Below are positions 1 through 14,452 of a DNA stretch of 64,000 nucleotides, piece by piece (within the stretch, counting starts at the first letter, position 1; the number at the start of each line of letters is the position of its first letter). Source of the stretch: Auanema rhodensis (taxonomy: Eukaryota; Animalia; Nematoda); the NCBI GenBank assembly GCA_964057225.1, contig OZ059899.1, positions 14,260,001 through 14,324,000 on the forward strand. Direction: 5' to 3'. The translations under genes were made by a program, and so were the position numbers. A model generated the notes under the pieces. It had not been told where the DNA came from. It saw only the letters and a list, made by a program, of their open reading frames with translations, and made no database searches.

Positions 1-338
1 TCTCTTCGAATGTCTCGACGACATGGTTTGACGACGTTTGCTACATCTGACGGATAAGTTGTGTGGCAGCGACAACAACGACGACGACGGCAGCGACGTG
101 GTGGGACTCGTTAACGCTGACACAACGACAGCAACGAGTAACCCTTCCAAGAATTGTAGAGCAGTGCCTTCGTGTGGGGTGTCCACACGACTTCTCTACT
201 TCACCTTTCTCAGTCCATTTCTCTCGCTTTTCTTCAATCTCTCTGTCAACCTTTTCGTCAGGCGACAATAGCTCTACGACATCTGGAGCAGCACAACATC
301 CCAACGTCTTATTCCATTACTAGCCAATATATTCTGAA

Positions 339-536
339 ATGGCAACGCCAATGCTACCAACTTCGACGATGACGACGACAACGACGACAGCCGCGACAGC
401 GGCTGCCAAAAGAAAACCGTCGACAACTTCGACGCTGTCACCTCTTGGTAGACAGCAGCCGAAGCTTTCAATGGTTTCACAGCTTCCAAGAATGTCTCGC
501 CACAACCACCAGATACTTAGTCCACAAACCTTAGCC
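339..536 (+). CDS. unc-103: unc-103 alternative first exon (66 aa, MATPMLPT...SPQTLA)
   Basis: gaaATG at 339; open for exactly 198 nt to GCC|gtgagt. Phase 0 matches the common exon at 23920. Confidence 0.75.
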
Positions 537-2816
537 GTGAGTTAATTTTAAACCAAAAATATAGTATTAATATCATATAATCTGATTAAATTAATGTAAT
601 TCAAACACATAAACTACTTTTTAAATTAATTGAGTGAAATGGCCAGTTTATATTTTCAAAATACACATAGTTACATGTTCAAATTCAAGCATTTCAAAGC
701 TTCTACAACTTGACTATATGTGGTTAACGCTCAGTAATTCGGTCTTCTCTACAGGCTATTCAGAAACTCTTTTTTTTCTTTTTTTTTGTTGCGAAAAAGG
801 TCGAAAACAAGAACAAAAGCTATTTTTATTCTTGTTTTTAATATATTTATCTTGTATTGGTCAATAATTTTATAATAAATATATTTATTTATTTCAAACA
901 AATAAACAAATATATAATTATAAATTCATTTTGTATATTATACCGTATATTAACTATATTATATAGCTAACATTTGATTGATATCTACACATATTCTAAT
1001 TTGTAAATATTAACTAACTTTATGCTAATTTTTTACGTGAAAATTCACGTACATCAGTGTAATTTTCATTTTATTTACTGTATGAATGATGTATGTGAAC
1101 GGTTGTTTATCATATTTAATCTATTTATTCAATATAACTATATTCTCTTCTTATATTCAAATCATTCTTCAGAATATAGTATACTGATAAGTATGCTCAG
1201 GTTTTAAAAGCTTTAAACTTGGTTTTTGTTCCAATTCACACTCTATTCTCAATATACTTTGATATTCATTTTCTTATGTAAAATTAATTGCATTTTATTG
1301 CAGTTGGAGTTGAAAATTGAATTTTGGCAACTTTATCAGCATTTTCTCCAACTTAACCCATTGCATCCCCCCACTCTCCGCCTCTTCCTCTTCTCATAAT
1401 CTAACCTCTGAAGCTAAAGCCACGATATGACACTTTTTGTGTTGAATATGAGTGGAAGCTCATAAATAGTGCAGAGGGCTCACAAGGGGCAACAGATATG
1501 TGTAAATTCTTAAGAAGTTTCGGGATTCATGCTTAAGCTGTTTCATCGTCTTGATCGTGATGCTTTCAGAAAGTCGTCGAACTCATGCCAAGCTGACGAG
1601 TTCCTCATCATTAGGTCATCAAGTAGAAACAACACCATTATCATCATTTTCATCATCTGATTATAACGATGATGCAGACGATGTCGATGTTGCAACATTA
1701 TCCTCTTGGCAACATATTGACGACGAGAATGTCAATGTTGATGACGCAAATGATAATGATGATGATGATGAAGTTGAAGAGTAAGGGCATAGTTAATACT
1801 TGAAGGATGTACATTGAATGATGATGAGTGACGTTGTGTTCCTTATTTTCGTCATTTCAGCTTACTAGATTATACATTCGCATGTGTACGGTCAGGGTAT
1901 TTTCTTCATCAGCATCATGAGGTACTGAGTCATGTTGCAACATGTTGAATTGAAAATTGATCTAATTCATAGTTAACATCCCAGTTAACATCACGAAAAA
2001 CACATTATATGGTGAAGCTTTGATGACGATGATGTCATGATGCATCAACATTCCATTGTATGAATATCACAAGAATTTATCAATTAGCTTATGCTTGTAT
2101 GTTTCTTCTTTTGGAAAAATAAAGATTGTAAAAAGCGATTAATGACATATGTGTCATGTATATGTGGACTGCATATTCCGTTTGAAGATGGAGCATTGCT
2201 ACATCTCGAGTACTCACACCTTTTGAGCGAAACCTAGCAACGACAGCCGCAATGACGATAGAATACGAAAAAAATTTATGAAAAGTGCATGAAATGAAAG
2301 AGGTTCAGAGAAAAGGTGATACATCTAACAATCTCTTCATTATTCTTATTCTCTTTATATATTCCCCCCTCTTTATCTCCCTCCCTCTCTCTTTCTCTCT
2401 CATCCTCACACTATACTTTCTCTCTTCCTCTTCTTTTTCTATAGTCTATCTACAATGACTATATATCTAAGAGAACGAGATGTACTGGATGCAGATTCGT
2501 CTGCCTTTTGGATTATAAGCCATCAGATTCATCTTCACGACACGCTCAAGAATCAGATCTACATGCATTCGTGTCACTGAGATTGCAATTTTTGGCTCAG
2601 AAAATCTGTAACATTGCTCTCTCTAAGCATTCGCAACCTGATCCGGCAGAATCAAGTGAGCATTATCAGCTCTATCATCATCCTTTATAAATTTCAACTG
2701 GTCTACTGAAAAACTAACTATATATTCTTAATTTTCTTAATTATATACATATATTCAACTGATATAACACATATAGTTTGAAAAAAATTATAGTAGATGA
2801 TAGAGTCTAGCTCATA

Positions 2817-3134
2817 ATGATTTTGAATCGAGCTCTTCTGACTGCTACCCGATCAGTAGACTGTACATCCAGTGTATCTTCGTCTTCTTCAACTTTTTCA
2901 TCCCCTACTCATCAACCATCTGCTAATGGTATTTATTCCAAAAATCGTCTACCATCCCTACAACATCATCAGATGTCGTTTGATCATCAGTTCTTAACTG
3001 ATCGATACAGTAATCCGCCACAGCCAATAGTTGCACGGCCAGACAGTCCTGGTCTGCTTCGTACACTTAGCCGCAAAGGGTCCGATGCTACCAAGAGGCT
3101 AGCACGTAAAATTCCCTCTAAAGAATTTGCTAAG
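2817..3134 (+). CDS. unc-103: unc-103 alternative first exon (106 aa, MILNRALL...KIPSKEFAK)
   Basis: ATG at 2817; 318 nt open to AAG|gtaaag, phase 0. Non-repetitive coding-like sequence (SPGLLRTLSRKGSDATKRLARK). Confidence 0.8.
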
Positions 3135-5378
3135 GTAAAGTTCATTTACAGCATTTACAGCATTTTCGTGCAATTTTTTAAAATTTCATTCTCACATTCG
3201 AAATCGAGTATCCTGTCCGAGTAATTCACTCCATTTTTCGTGTTTTTATAGAGAGAAAAAAGAAAGAAAACGAATATGGAAGGTGGGGAGCAGTTTATAA
3301 ACATTCTTTAAAATCTTGTGAACTTGGAGCATGTTCCGGTTCAGTCTATAATACCGCATATTTCTGGTCATTCCCATCAACCTTCATTCTCTTTTATACT
3401 TTTTTTCTCACGATTTCTAACGAAACTACATTGGTCGTATTCTCTTGTTCGTCTTTGTCTCTTCTTCTTTCTATGCTTTTATGCTCAACCTCTTGTTCAT
3501 TTCCTAGGCTTGTAACCTTTTACAGCATTTTCAATCTTTTTCTCTCTCCCTCTCTCTCTCTCTCTCTCACACACACAGGGTGTAATTTGCGCTTGATGAT
3601 TCAATCTTATATAACCTTACGCTTCACAAACCTTTTTGATACTTACCAAATTACTTCCGAAACTTCATTGGTATGCTACAAATAGAAGAAATTCATATAT
3701 TCTATATTTGAGAGTATATAACTATGTGTTTATATGTTCATTCTTCTTCTTCATCTTTTTCATTTTACTCTCTATTATCAAATTTTTGATTAAGAAAAAG
3801 TTTTTCTGTTTATTTTGGTCCTACGCGGATTGATCTTATACTTCTCATTTTGTGTTATAAATCACGGCTCTCACTCTTACATTGGAAGAAACTCAGGCAT
3901 ATGTATGTGCATTCAACGGCCTCCTGGCTGCACTCAAACAATCCAAACCCCCCCCCCCTCTTCCATCAACACGACCACCACACCACTCTCTTCCCTCCAT
4001 TTATCCCCCTTCTCTCTCTACCCACATCACAGCAGCCAGTGTCTGCCAGCAGCAACATATCATTGGAAATTCCTTAAATGAGACATTTCTAGATGATGAT
4101 ACTGCCATCACGAATCGCGAATATGTCTTGTGATCGAGATTCGGGGCGTCAGCAGCTTGTGCTGAAGCTGGTGTACGTTGCGGTCACTGTTGTTGTGCTT
4201 TAAGATATTTCTGGGAACATGACGGGATTTCACGTGTCTATCCAACTTTAAAACTTGATAAACTTGAAAAATATGAGTATTCTCATAGGTTATGGTAAAT
4301 GACAATAATATAAGAAGATTCATCATATAATGCTATCACTTGGAATAGTTTTCATTCAAAATCAAAATGAAAACATCTTGACTGATATGAAAATAAGTTC
4401 TACTGAAATACACATGAGAAATGTTGCATAATATTACCTAAAAATAGTATGTATATATAGCATAGTTAGACATATAGTAATGGATTTAACCACATAGTAT
4501 CATTGTCAAAAGGTTTTTCCTTCCAGAAAGCCTCAAGCAGCCAATTATTTTTTTTATGCCAAATAGAGTTTATTTGGTCAACAGATGCCGTATATTTTTC
4601 TTTTTTTTTTGAGCTTTTTTTCATTTTCACAACTAATTTTTCTTTTCGTTTCCAAATTTTTATTATTATTTTCTATTTTTCGATGAAAGAAAAAATGAAA
4701 TCGCGAAAGCTCGTCAGAGAGCAAGCGAGTGCTTCTCTTCCTTGTCTCCGTATCGATGTCCGGAAGTTTCAATATCTCCAAGCTAAATCATTAAGACATA
4801 CAGAATTTTTTTCCTAAAATAAATAATAACATTTTGGGCTTTCAATCGCAAAGTTTTGTGAATGAAATTCTTTTTTTTCTCTCTTTCTCTCCCTCTATCT
4901 TTCTCATTTCGTTGGATTTTGCTTCTGGACAGGGACAATTGACTAAGACCAGCTTTTTGGACTGTTGCCAATTACGGCGGAAAAAAAGATGACAAGCTTT
5001 TGCAAAACTTCTGCTTCAACACTACATGCTATAGATGATATTTGCTATTCTTTCAAAAATATTCTCATTACATATATATAAGATATTATATGTTATAATC
5101 ATTAACACTAACTATATTAATGGAAACAGAATGTATTTTGAAAGTTTCAAAGCATGAATAACAAGACGTGTGGACGTAATCTAAACACGACATGCTGCTA
5201 CAGCTTATGGCTCTTGATGCAGATATGATTTCATAATTATCAAGACACACAGACACACAGATTCAGTTCAAAGTTTCCTTAAGCAATTACTTCCTAAAAA
5301 GCTATTTTAGTAGATTTCGAGAATTTTCTTTCATCAAGTTTCTAGCTAACACTCTATTCCATCCCCTAATTCAGTCGA

Positions 5379-5412
<34 letters not shown>

Positions 5413-7416
5413 AATTGCTTTCAAAGGATAACAAGTGATAATGCTTCTATTCTTTATACTCTCTCTCTCTCTACGGCATCTTTCTCTTTTCTATTATGAT
5501 TTTTTCTCTGTTTTTTAATTCTCTTTTAGTTGTATTCTGATTGCTTACTCTTACCACTTCCTCAAGGCACTTACTCCTGATGATGACTCTTTACCAGTTT
5601 CATCCTCTCAATCTTATATGAAACTATAGCCTGGCTAACGCCTGATGACAATTCTGCCATCCGTGTGCGTTCATCCTTTGTCCCCTTTCTCCATCTCTCT
5701 GTTTTCTCATTACATGAGCCTATCTGCATCTCCTTTTCGTCTTCGGCTTCTTCTCGTTTTCTAGTTCGTCTGTCCAACATCTCTCCACCATCACCCCAGA
5801 ACCACATCCAGCTAGCTTGAAGCCTTTCTAAAAGAGTGTGGAAGAGACAGACATCCAGCCATCATAGATATACACTTTATCTACATGACTCACGAGATTT
5901 AGAGAAACAGAGAGCACAGTGAGACACACGTCGCCGGCAATTTCAGTCACCAGATTGCTTGTGGAGTGGTGCTCCTCCTCCTCCTCCTCCTCGTTTTGCC
6001 CTCCGGCAACAACGAGAGACGGATTCTCAAGTCCAACCTAAGAAAGCCGCAGCAACATTGGTGCTGCAGTAACACAGCTAACAAACAAAAGCTTCATTGA
6101 GCTTACGCTTTCTTATCTGTTCCAACTTCCTGATCTCTTGCACCACCTACTGTATTCAGATCAACGTCAAGGTTCAGAACGATTGCCAAACGTTGATAAC
6201 ATAGTCTAATTCTATTTTTTTTCTATCAACCAGCTGTGACTTTCAACTTCAACCTCCCCTTCCTCATCTCTTTCATCATCCAACCATTTCTCAGAAGCCT
6301 AATTATCATCAGAAATTCACGTCTATTCAGAGCAGATGACAGAGGAAGTATCTGCAGCCGATCAACAAAAATTCAGAATTCAATATTAAGAACGACGAAT
6401 AATCGAAATCTGATTCTACGTCGTATCTTGAATTTTACGTTAATTTACATTCTATACCAGCAATAGAAGACATCACACTCACACATTACATATACACATC
6501 TTCCCGCCCTGTGTGATTCAGCACACCAGGAGCCACTCTACCGTCTATATCTCCGTGGCATTACCCCTTTACGCCCTTCCTCCCCTTCTCTGCCTTGTGC
6601 AGCTTGAAGCTCCTCAAACCGCAGACGTTCCTACTCACAGATCCTTGGCAATTTTCGGGCAATTCAGCTGTTTCTTCTTGTGAAGCAAAGAAAAAAAATT
6701 TTTTTTCTTCCTCTCCTGCAGATTGCTCTGTCTTCGCCTTCATCTTCCTCGTCTTCATCATCAGATCTGTGTGTCTGGGGTGCGTGAGCAAGGGTGAGTG
6801 TGTGTGTGTGAGCGAGAAGCTCAATACCTATAGCTGCTGCAGCATCGAAATTCTTGTTTCGTCGTCTGCCATTCATTTTATTCATCCACGATTCTGCTAA
6901 CACAAATCACACTATCTACCATACTACATTCCCAACATCGACGACTGTGCCGACGACGACGACGACGTAGACGTAGATCTCAAATCCACGACGACGACGA
7001 CGACGAGAGCGGTACAAGTGTGAACGCCAGCACCAATATTTCTAGCTGATATTAGTAGCTACATCATCTACTCCTCTACCAGTTATCATACTACATATTC
7101 TTACTAATATATATATTTATAAATATATATATATAGATTATTCTAGTTCTAAAGCCAAAAACAATTTTTTATTACAAATTGTCTGTTTCATTTCTATCTT
7201 CTTTTCTTTTTCTTCTTCTTCTTAACTATACGTATAGTATATCAGAGTTAGAAAGATATATAGTTACATATAGTTAAGCTAATATTCTATCTAGCCCCCG
7301 TGTATTAGCTACTCATTGTCATTCATCTTCTATATACCGCTTTGTGACAATCACAACGTGTATACCGTATAACGACAACGACGACAACGAAGATCGTGTT
7401 TCAAACTTAGACGAGC

Positions 7417-7515
7417 ATGAGCTTGTCGTCGTTGTCGCGACCGCCGCTTCAACGATTGCCTCCTGTACCTGAAGATGAGCGTAGTGATGATGATAGTGAT
7501 AGTGATTCACAACAG
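7417..7515 (+). CDS. unc-103: unc-103 alternative first exon (33 aa, MSLSSLSRPPLQRLPPVPEDERSDDDSDSDSQQ)
   Basis: ATG at 7417; 99 nt to CAG|gtaatt, phase 0. Preceded by (ACG/ACA)n islands. Not in the supplied ORF track. Confidence 0.65.
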
Positions 7516-7578
7516 GTAATTACTACTACAGAACGAACTGATCCTTCTTTGGTTTCTGGATTCAGAATATCTACGTGA

Positions 7579-7596
7579 TGACGTCATTTGACGTCT
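7579..7596. promoter_or_regulatory. CRE (TGACGTCA) plus adjacent near-CRE (TGACGTCT)
   Basis: Exact palindrome at 7579-7586, 64 nt downstream of the 7515 donor. Confidence 0.4.
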
Positions 7597-10500
7597 TCTG
7601 TCTCATCATGCATGAGGATTTTTTGTAAAATAAACTATGTGTTATGTGTGAAGATGAACGATAATATACAACTTGTAATACGTCCTCCTTCTTTGTTTGC
7701 TACCAAATGCACCCAATTTTAAGCAAATTGAGGAAGTTGAAGCATACGAGGACAATGCAGGCGACAACGCTGCCGGTCAGGCAGTCTGTCAGAACGAAAA
7801 AGCTTAGAATGCCGTCGAGATGACGAGGCACACAGAGAGCGGAGCAGAAAGATGCTCCTCTCACTTTCCGCTTTCTCTCTCTTTCTCTTTTAACTACTTC
7901 ACGACTTCTGAAGTCTTAGAAGTGATGGCAACAAGATGCCCAAGAGTGGTAAGACTGAGAAGATGAAGTACGTGTAGAACGACAAACGTGAAGTAAGCGA
8001 TGAGCTCAGGGTGTAGCTTGCGCCTCTGAAGGCTTCGGACACGCTAAACGGCAAAAAGCAATTAAGAATGCTGTGATTTTATGGGCGACGTCAAGCGATT
8101 TTCCATCGAAATTAGAAGCCTATGCTCCCATATTGATGAGAAGAGAACGTTGCTCTGTGAAATATGTATATCTATGTGTATATATATTTATATTTATACA
8201 TATATATTCAACTTTCTTTGTCTTTATTCTTTCTTCTCCTCAAAGCCTTCATTTTCTTCTTCCTCTTCTTTTTCCTTTTTTTTTGTAAAATTAAACGACA
8301 TAATATGCGCGAGTGAGGGGATATCGAGTGATTGGGAAGAGGATGGGAGAAAGCTGAGCTGTGGCACATCGTGCTGTATCTGTGTCTACTTGCTGATGAA
8401 GAATTTCAAAGTGAAAGAAATGAAAAAGAGAGAAGAAGAGAGAGAAAAGGAAAGAGGGATGAGAAGAAAAGAGAAAAAGGTTAGCTGAATTACTGATTTG
8501 CTTCATGATTTTTGTGCTCATTTTTGGACTTTGGCATTCAGGAACAAAAGTTTTATTCATTTTCTCTTTATTCTTTCTTCATCGCTCTCTTAATGCGTTT
8601 TTCTCTCAATTTTCTCTCATTCTCTTTGGATATATATATATATATATATATAGATATATGTGTATGTATGTATATGTGTGTTGTAGAATTTCTTTTTTCT
8701 TTTTATAATTTCAATTTGCTCACTTTCTCTTTCTCTATCTCTTTATCTTTTTCTCCGTTTCTTTCTCTCTCTCTTTCTCTGTATCTTTTTCTTCCTCTTT
8801 TATACTTTTTCTCTCTATAAACGCTCTCTTTATACGCGTTTAGTGGATTTTTCTATTTCTTTTCTACTCTTGTAGAAACAGAAGAGAGAATAAAGTCAAA
8901 GGGTTGATATACATAAAGAGAGATAGAGAGAACGAGAAAAGGAGAGAAATAAAAGTGGAAAGTAGTTGTTGTGAGAGACATCTGTCATATCATCAACCCA
9001 TGAGTTCAATGCATAATTTGGCTTCAGCAGGCGATCATCTGCCATGTTGTTGAGCTTTTGACGACAACTTAGTCTTAACATCAACTTGGAAACAAAGTCA
9101 TCGCCGGCTCCAAAGATTCGCTAGACTCATACCAACACACTATACATCCAAACATAGCAAAGTATACAGGGATTGAGATATCGAAAAAGTGAAGAGGGAA
9201 TGAGAATAAGAGAAGACATCAGCTCTTAAAGAGTCAAAAGAAGTTGCCATACAAGAATAAACACGAAGAAAATCGTATAAGCAAAGGTCATGTTAACAGC
9301 ATCTTCTAATGGAAAACTGGGATGGAGGATATGATGCTGCTTATCCTATATGTCTAAGCCGCATGTGAGCGAATGCATGAAGCATACTACGAAGAAGCAT
9401 CAGAAGATTTTTCACATCCTTTCTCTTACCATTCTACTCATCTACTTCCACGCAAAAAAAAAGAGAATGAGAAATAGAGAGAGATTGCAAGATATATACA
9501 GAGAGAGATAGAGAGTGAGAAAGAGAGTAACAAGAATATGAAGAAGTGTGGAAAAGGCTGCTTGTCATTGTCGTCTATTCCATCAGCTAGCATACTCACA
9601 CTGTGCTTAGATCTCTTGTTTAGCTTATTGCCATATATTGTCGTTCGCGTATTCATCTTGAGCATCAACTTGTAGTTGTCTTATCCTTCTTAGGAATATT
9701 CTTCATGTACGTCAGTCTCTTAGCATTTACCACCTCATGTCATTCGGTAGCGTCGAAGTACGACGTCAACGTATTCTCTTCACTATCAGCATCACCAAAA
9801 AATGACATGTAGATCTTGATACATATGTACATAAATATCTAAGATGATGTAATTTTTTTGAAACAAAAAACTTTTTTCCTGAAACTTTTCTCTTCCTACT
9901 AGTCTATTCTATGTTCAGTTTACGCTTCCTTTTTCCCTATATCTTTAGCATCTTTCCCATATTTAATATAATAGATTCAGATGAGCAATGTATGTAGACG
10001 TAGAAAGAAGAAGAAGATTCTGAATTGTTTCTTCTACGTTGTAGTCTATATAATAGACTCCATCTTCTTTATCAGCATAGCCATCATGATCTGATTAAAG
10101 AAAAAAGAGAAAAGAAAAGAGAATATTCTATTGAAATGTTTCAAATTAACTCTTTTTTGTTTTGAAATATATATATTAAAAGAGAATATTTCTCTTTTTC
10201 TTTCACTAAATCTATATTATTAATGCTTTTTCTCAAGCTTAAACTTAAGCTGATTTCCGCTTTTATCAAAAGATGCTGGTATATCTGTATAGCAAGTGCA
10301 TCCATCGGGGTCTCTGCACTACTTCAGGGTACATCAAATTCTTTTCTCTCTTTCTATATTTCTCTCTCTTAACATATATATAGACCTTAGTATTTCTCTA
10401 TGTTCCTAGTTTATTCCTGTCACTCTGTCTCTTTTCTCTTTTTTCGTCAAAATTTGAAAAAAAAATTAAAAATCTAATTATACGATAAAAGACCGCAATT

Positions 10501-11023
10501 TATGATGCTTTTCGTGAATGACTTCAGGAGCAAAGGATTCGAAAATGATTTCGTTCTGCTCTCCTTCGTCTTTCCTCTCATCAGCAACAACTGATTTTTT
10601 CTTCTTCTTCTTCTTTTTTGGTCAGAGCCTGAATCAGGTTTCTTCTTTTCAATTACATCATCGAGTACATATAGTATTCTTTCTGTTCATTTTACTTCAT
10701 CTTCAGCGATGAACTAAAGATCTGACACATGAAATTCCTGAATAATAGCTTCATGTCACTTCGTCTTATCTGAATCTTCACACATACATACACATATTCC
10801 ATACATACATATGCACATATACATATGTCTTCTGTTTCCATAATCCAATGTTTGATCTGTTCGTTCATATAATCATAACTATATACATGTTATGGTTAAC
10901 TATATGCGCAATCCATAGAGTCGTCGTCTGTTATCACCGGTTACACCCAGCTCCACGACGACAACAACATACACAGCTGGACCGGCCAACGTGACCGTCA
11001 GTACGCCGACGTCTTTGACGTCA

Positions 11024-11134
11024 ATGGCAGCTAACAGGCGTTCAGCGACTGCTAGTCGCCGCGCCAGCGCCTTTGTCCGCCGCGTCTCAATGGCGATACC
11101 AACACTGTCCGGTGATCCGGTACCATTTTCTAAG
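11024..11134 (+). CDS. unc-103: unc-103 alternative first exon with GC donor (37 aa, MAANRRSATASRRASAFVRRVSMAIPTLSGDPVPFSK)
   Basis: ATG at 11024; 111 nt to AAG|gcaagt, the consensus GC-AG donor, phase 0. GC-rich island. The frame stays open upstream to 10919. Confidence 0.8.
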
Positions 11135-11981
11135 GCAAGTTTAAGATAAGCTGAGAAACTGAACGAGATATAACGATATAGTACATAATATAATGAAAGA
11201 AAATACTAAATACTACTGATATTAGATGCAATGATTGTACTTGGCTGAAGTTCGTGAAGCTGAAGCTTATCTATGATGGACCTCATCACAATCTTTCACT
11301 TGATATTTGCTTCTTTTCCCATTTTTTCCTATATTTATTCGAATTTTTCATATTTTGTAAACATAAAAATTAAATTATCATTCGTTGAGAACAAATATTT
11401 TTAATATTTTTTTTCAAATAAATCAAAATATAATTCTAATTATACTTCTATTTCTATTACTATATCTACTACTATTGCTACTACTACTACTATACCTACT
11501 ACTATTATTATTACTACTGATTCAGCTGCTTTTTCATCAAAAAAAAAATTGATTATTTTACAATATTTTGAAAATACATGAGAGAATAGCTAGATTAGGA
11601 AATGTAAATGAAAAATGTAAAAAATATTTTAAAAAAATGTCAAAATGTACGGAGATATGGTTGTGGTAGAGATGGTGGTGAAGGGAGAAGAGCACTGAGT
11701 AGAAGTGAAGCACGTTGTAAGGAGAGGCAGAAGCTAAGATTCTATCGCTCCACACAAGCCTTTATCATGTTACTGCTCAGAATAAATTAGAAGAAATATA
11801 CATATAAATATTTGAATATACTAACTATATTATATATATTTTATTATTATTATTATTATTATTATAAATAAATGAGGACAATCAGCTTTCTCTTGTCTCT
11901 TGTCTCATATTGTGAAATTTGAATCTTCATGTTATTTCGATTAGCATTTCTACTTATTTTCTTATAAATATTATATTTTAT

Positions 11982-12015
<34 letters not shown>

Positions 12016-13116
12016 TATCTCTCTCTCTTTTCAACTCATCATCTCCCTCTCATCTTCCTTCAGCATTCTTATCCTTACCCACTTTTCCCTTCGATTTCCC
12101 TCCCCCTCATTAATCATAATCTGTCTTCTAACATCCCATGAAACAAATCTCAACGACAGCTTCTCAATTTCATAAGCTAATTGTTGAAAATTGAATTTAC
12201 CATCATCTTATTCCATTGAAGCTTTATCGTTCATGTTCCTAAGAATATTCCGATTTAAGCTATTTAACTCTCAATTCATGGCATCACCATGATCTAGTGT
12301 CACAATGATGAACCTATTTCTTTGTGTGCTTCTTTCTCGATCCCTTTTCGTTTAATTTTCTATTCTAACACAGCCTTCAAGCCTTGGTAGCTTTTGTTTA
12401 CGCAGTCGATAATGGCTATTCCTACCTTGTTGCTCATGCATATATCCTTTCCATCTCTATCTCTTTTACTCGTTCTATCTCCCTCTATCTCTCTCTCTCT
12501 CTCTCCCTCTCTCTCTATTTCCCCCTCTCTTTTACCATCTTTTCACCTTCGTTTACTAGGAAAATTTTCAAACTTAAATGAGTGCAAAAGCGAAATCCAA
12601 AAGAAATGCAACTTTATAGTTTCACCTTTCGATCAAATTTCAATTTTCCTTTCTTACCTCCTATTCACACATGAAAACACATTCATTTATACTATATATA
12701 TATAAATTTAAATTTATAACTATATACGTATATCATTGAATTAGCATAACGTGAGCTTTTCACGTGTCACGTAATAACTTTTATTTTATTTTCATAACTT
12801 ATACTGTTGCGAACGGTTGTTTCTTTTGGTGACTTCTGCTGCCATTGTTGCTGCTGCTATTGCTTGAACTGTCTCAACTTTCATCAGTTTCAACAATATT
12901 TTTTCAAGAAAAGAAAACAGTTTTCAAGCTCATTTCATTGTTTTTCATATATAAGTTTGTTTATTTTTCTTTTTAAAATTATTTTAATTATATAATTATC
13001 ATAATTAAAACAAAGGTCACTATGTTAATGCCTTCATATGTGTTTAGTAGCTATTACATTCGGCTATTTCTGTGAAACATTTACGACGAACTTGAAAAGT
13101 TTCTTTACGAGCAACA

Positions 13117-13167
<51 letters not shown>

Positions 13168-14418
13168 CACATCGGTTTGAAGAATTATTTCTTCTTTTTG
13201 CGCTTCATTTTTTATTTTCATTTGTTTCTTCATTGCAATTTCTGCCTCTGCTATTGCTATTTGAAAATTAAAATAATCGTCTCTTCATTGCCAGGTTCAT
13301 TTCATGTTTTTCTCCCAGAAAATTGTTTTCATTTTTCAATTCTTCTAATCGGTTTAGACTCTCCGGCATTTTTTGTATCTAAAGCTATGCTGTTGATTTG
13401 AAAGCATACACAAGATTTCTTCAATTTCCTCTGAAACTTCCTGTAAAAAAAATTAGAAAAAAAAGCTTTTTATATTATGGATTGAGAGAAGAAGAAGAAG
13501 ACATTTTTTTCTTATTTTTTTTTTTTTGAAATATTAAGATACAAATAAAGGAAGAGAGTAAAAGAGATCTCAGCCAATCTCAACTCTCAAAAATGAAAAG
13601 ATATTCTTTCTCACATATCCACAAGAAAAGGAGATAAAGAGAGAGCCCGAGAGAAAGAGAGAGATAGAGAAATAGAAAAAGAATTAACTAACTTAAGCAC
13701 CATATGCAAAATCATGGCTGCCAATCTATTTTCATGGTAACTAACTGTTTTCTTGCCCTTAATTTTCGTGCAGATTACATCTGCTGCACCTGCTTAACAA
13801 TGAATTTTTAAAAAATTTGAATAAAAATGCTGTTAAAGCTTATGCAGATAGGTTTATCTCGTAAATTGGAAGTATATAGGAAGCAAGAAATTACTTTCCT
13901 CTCTTAGTAATATGTTGATTCTAAGAGAAGACTGAAGACTAACGAAAGAAGCTGATGCAAAAGCTTCATAATGCTTTTCAAGATCAAACGGGAAATTTTT
14001 TTTTGGTTTGAGAGCATCTTAGTTACTTCTTCCTTTTTCGCAGGAGATGAACGCATGATAGACGAAAACATGACACTGAAAAAGGTTTCCGTTGGCAGGC
14101 ATCTGATCTCTTCTTACCTTCTTAAGAAAATGATGGGTGTTGGACGGCTACGAAGATTGATGTAACATGCATTTAACAAGCTGTTCAAGTTCCCACGCCT
14201 GACCACTCTCATATACTACCATTCTGAGTCATCTTACCAATCATGCGCAGCTTCATTGTGAGCATTATCACTTCTAACAACTTTACACTTTGTATTTTCT
14301 CTTGCTTACTTGTTTTTACTTTTCTCTAAATCGATGTATCTTCACCCTATTTGGCATCCAGCATTATTTATCGTTTGTTCAACTCTATTTCATTTTTTTC
14401 TCTTACCTTCCAACAGCA

Positions 14419-14452
<34 letters not shown>

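Noticed and set aside
1551-1784. Acidic ORF ending at a gtaagg donor, as another unc-103 first exon
   Set aside because: The donor is phase 2 in the open frame, which is incompatible with 23920. The content is largely (GAT)n low complexity.
7925-7948. MATRCPRV|gtaaga mini first exon
   Set aside because: Phase 0, but only 8 codons with no other support; expected by chance in 24 kb.
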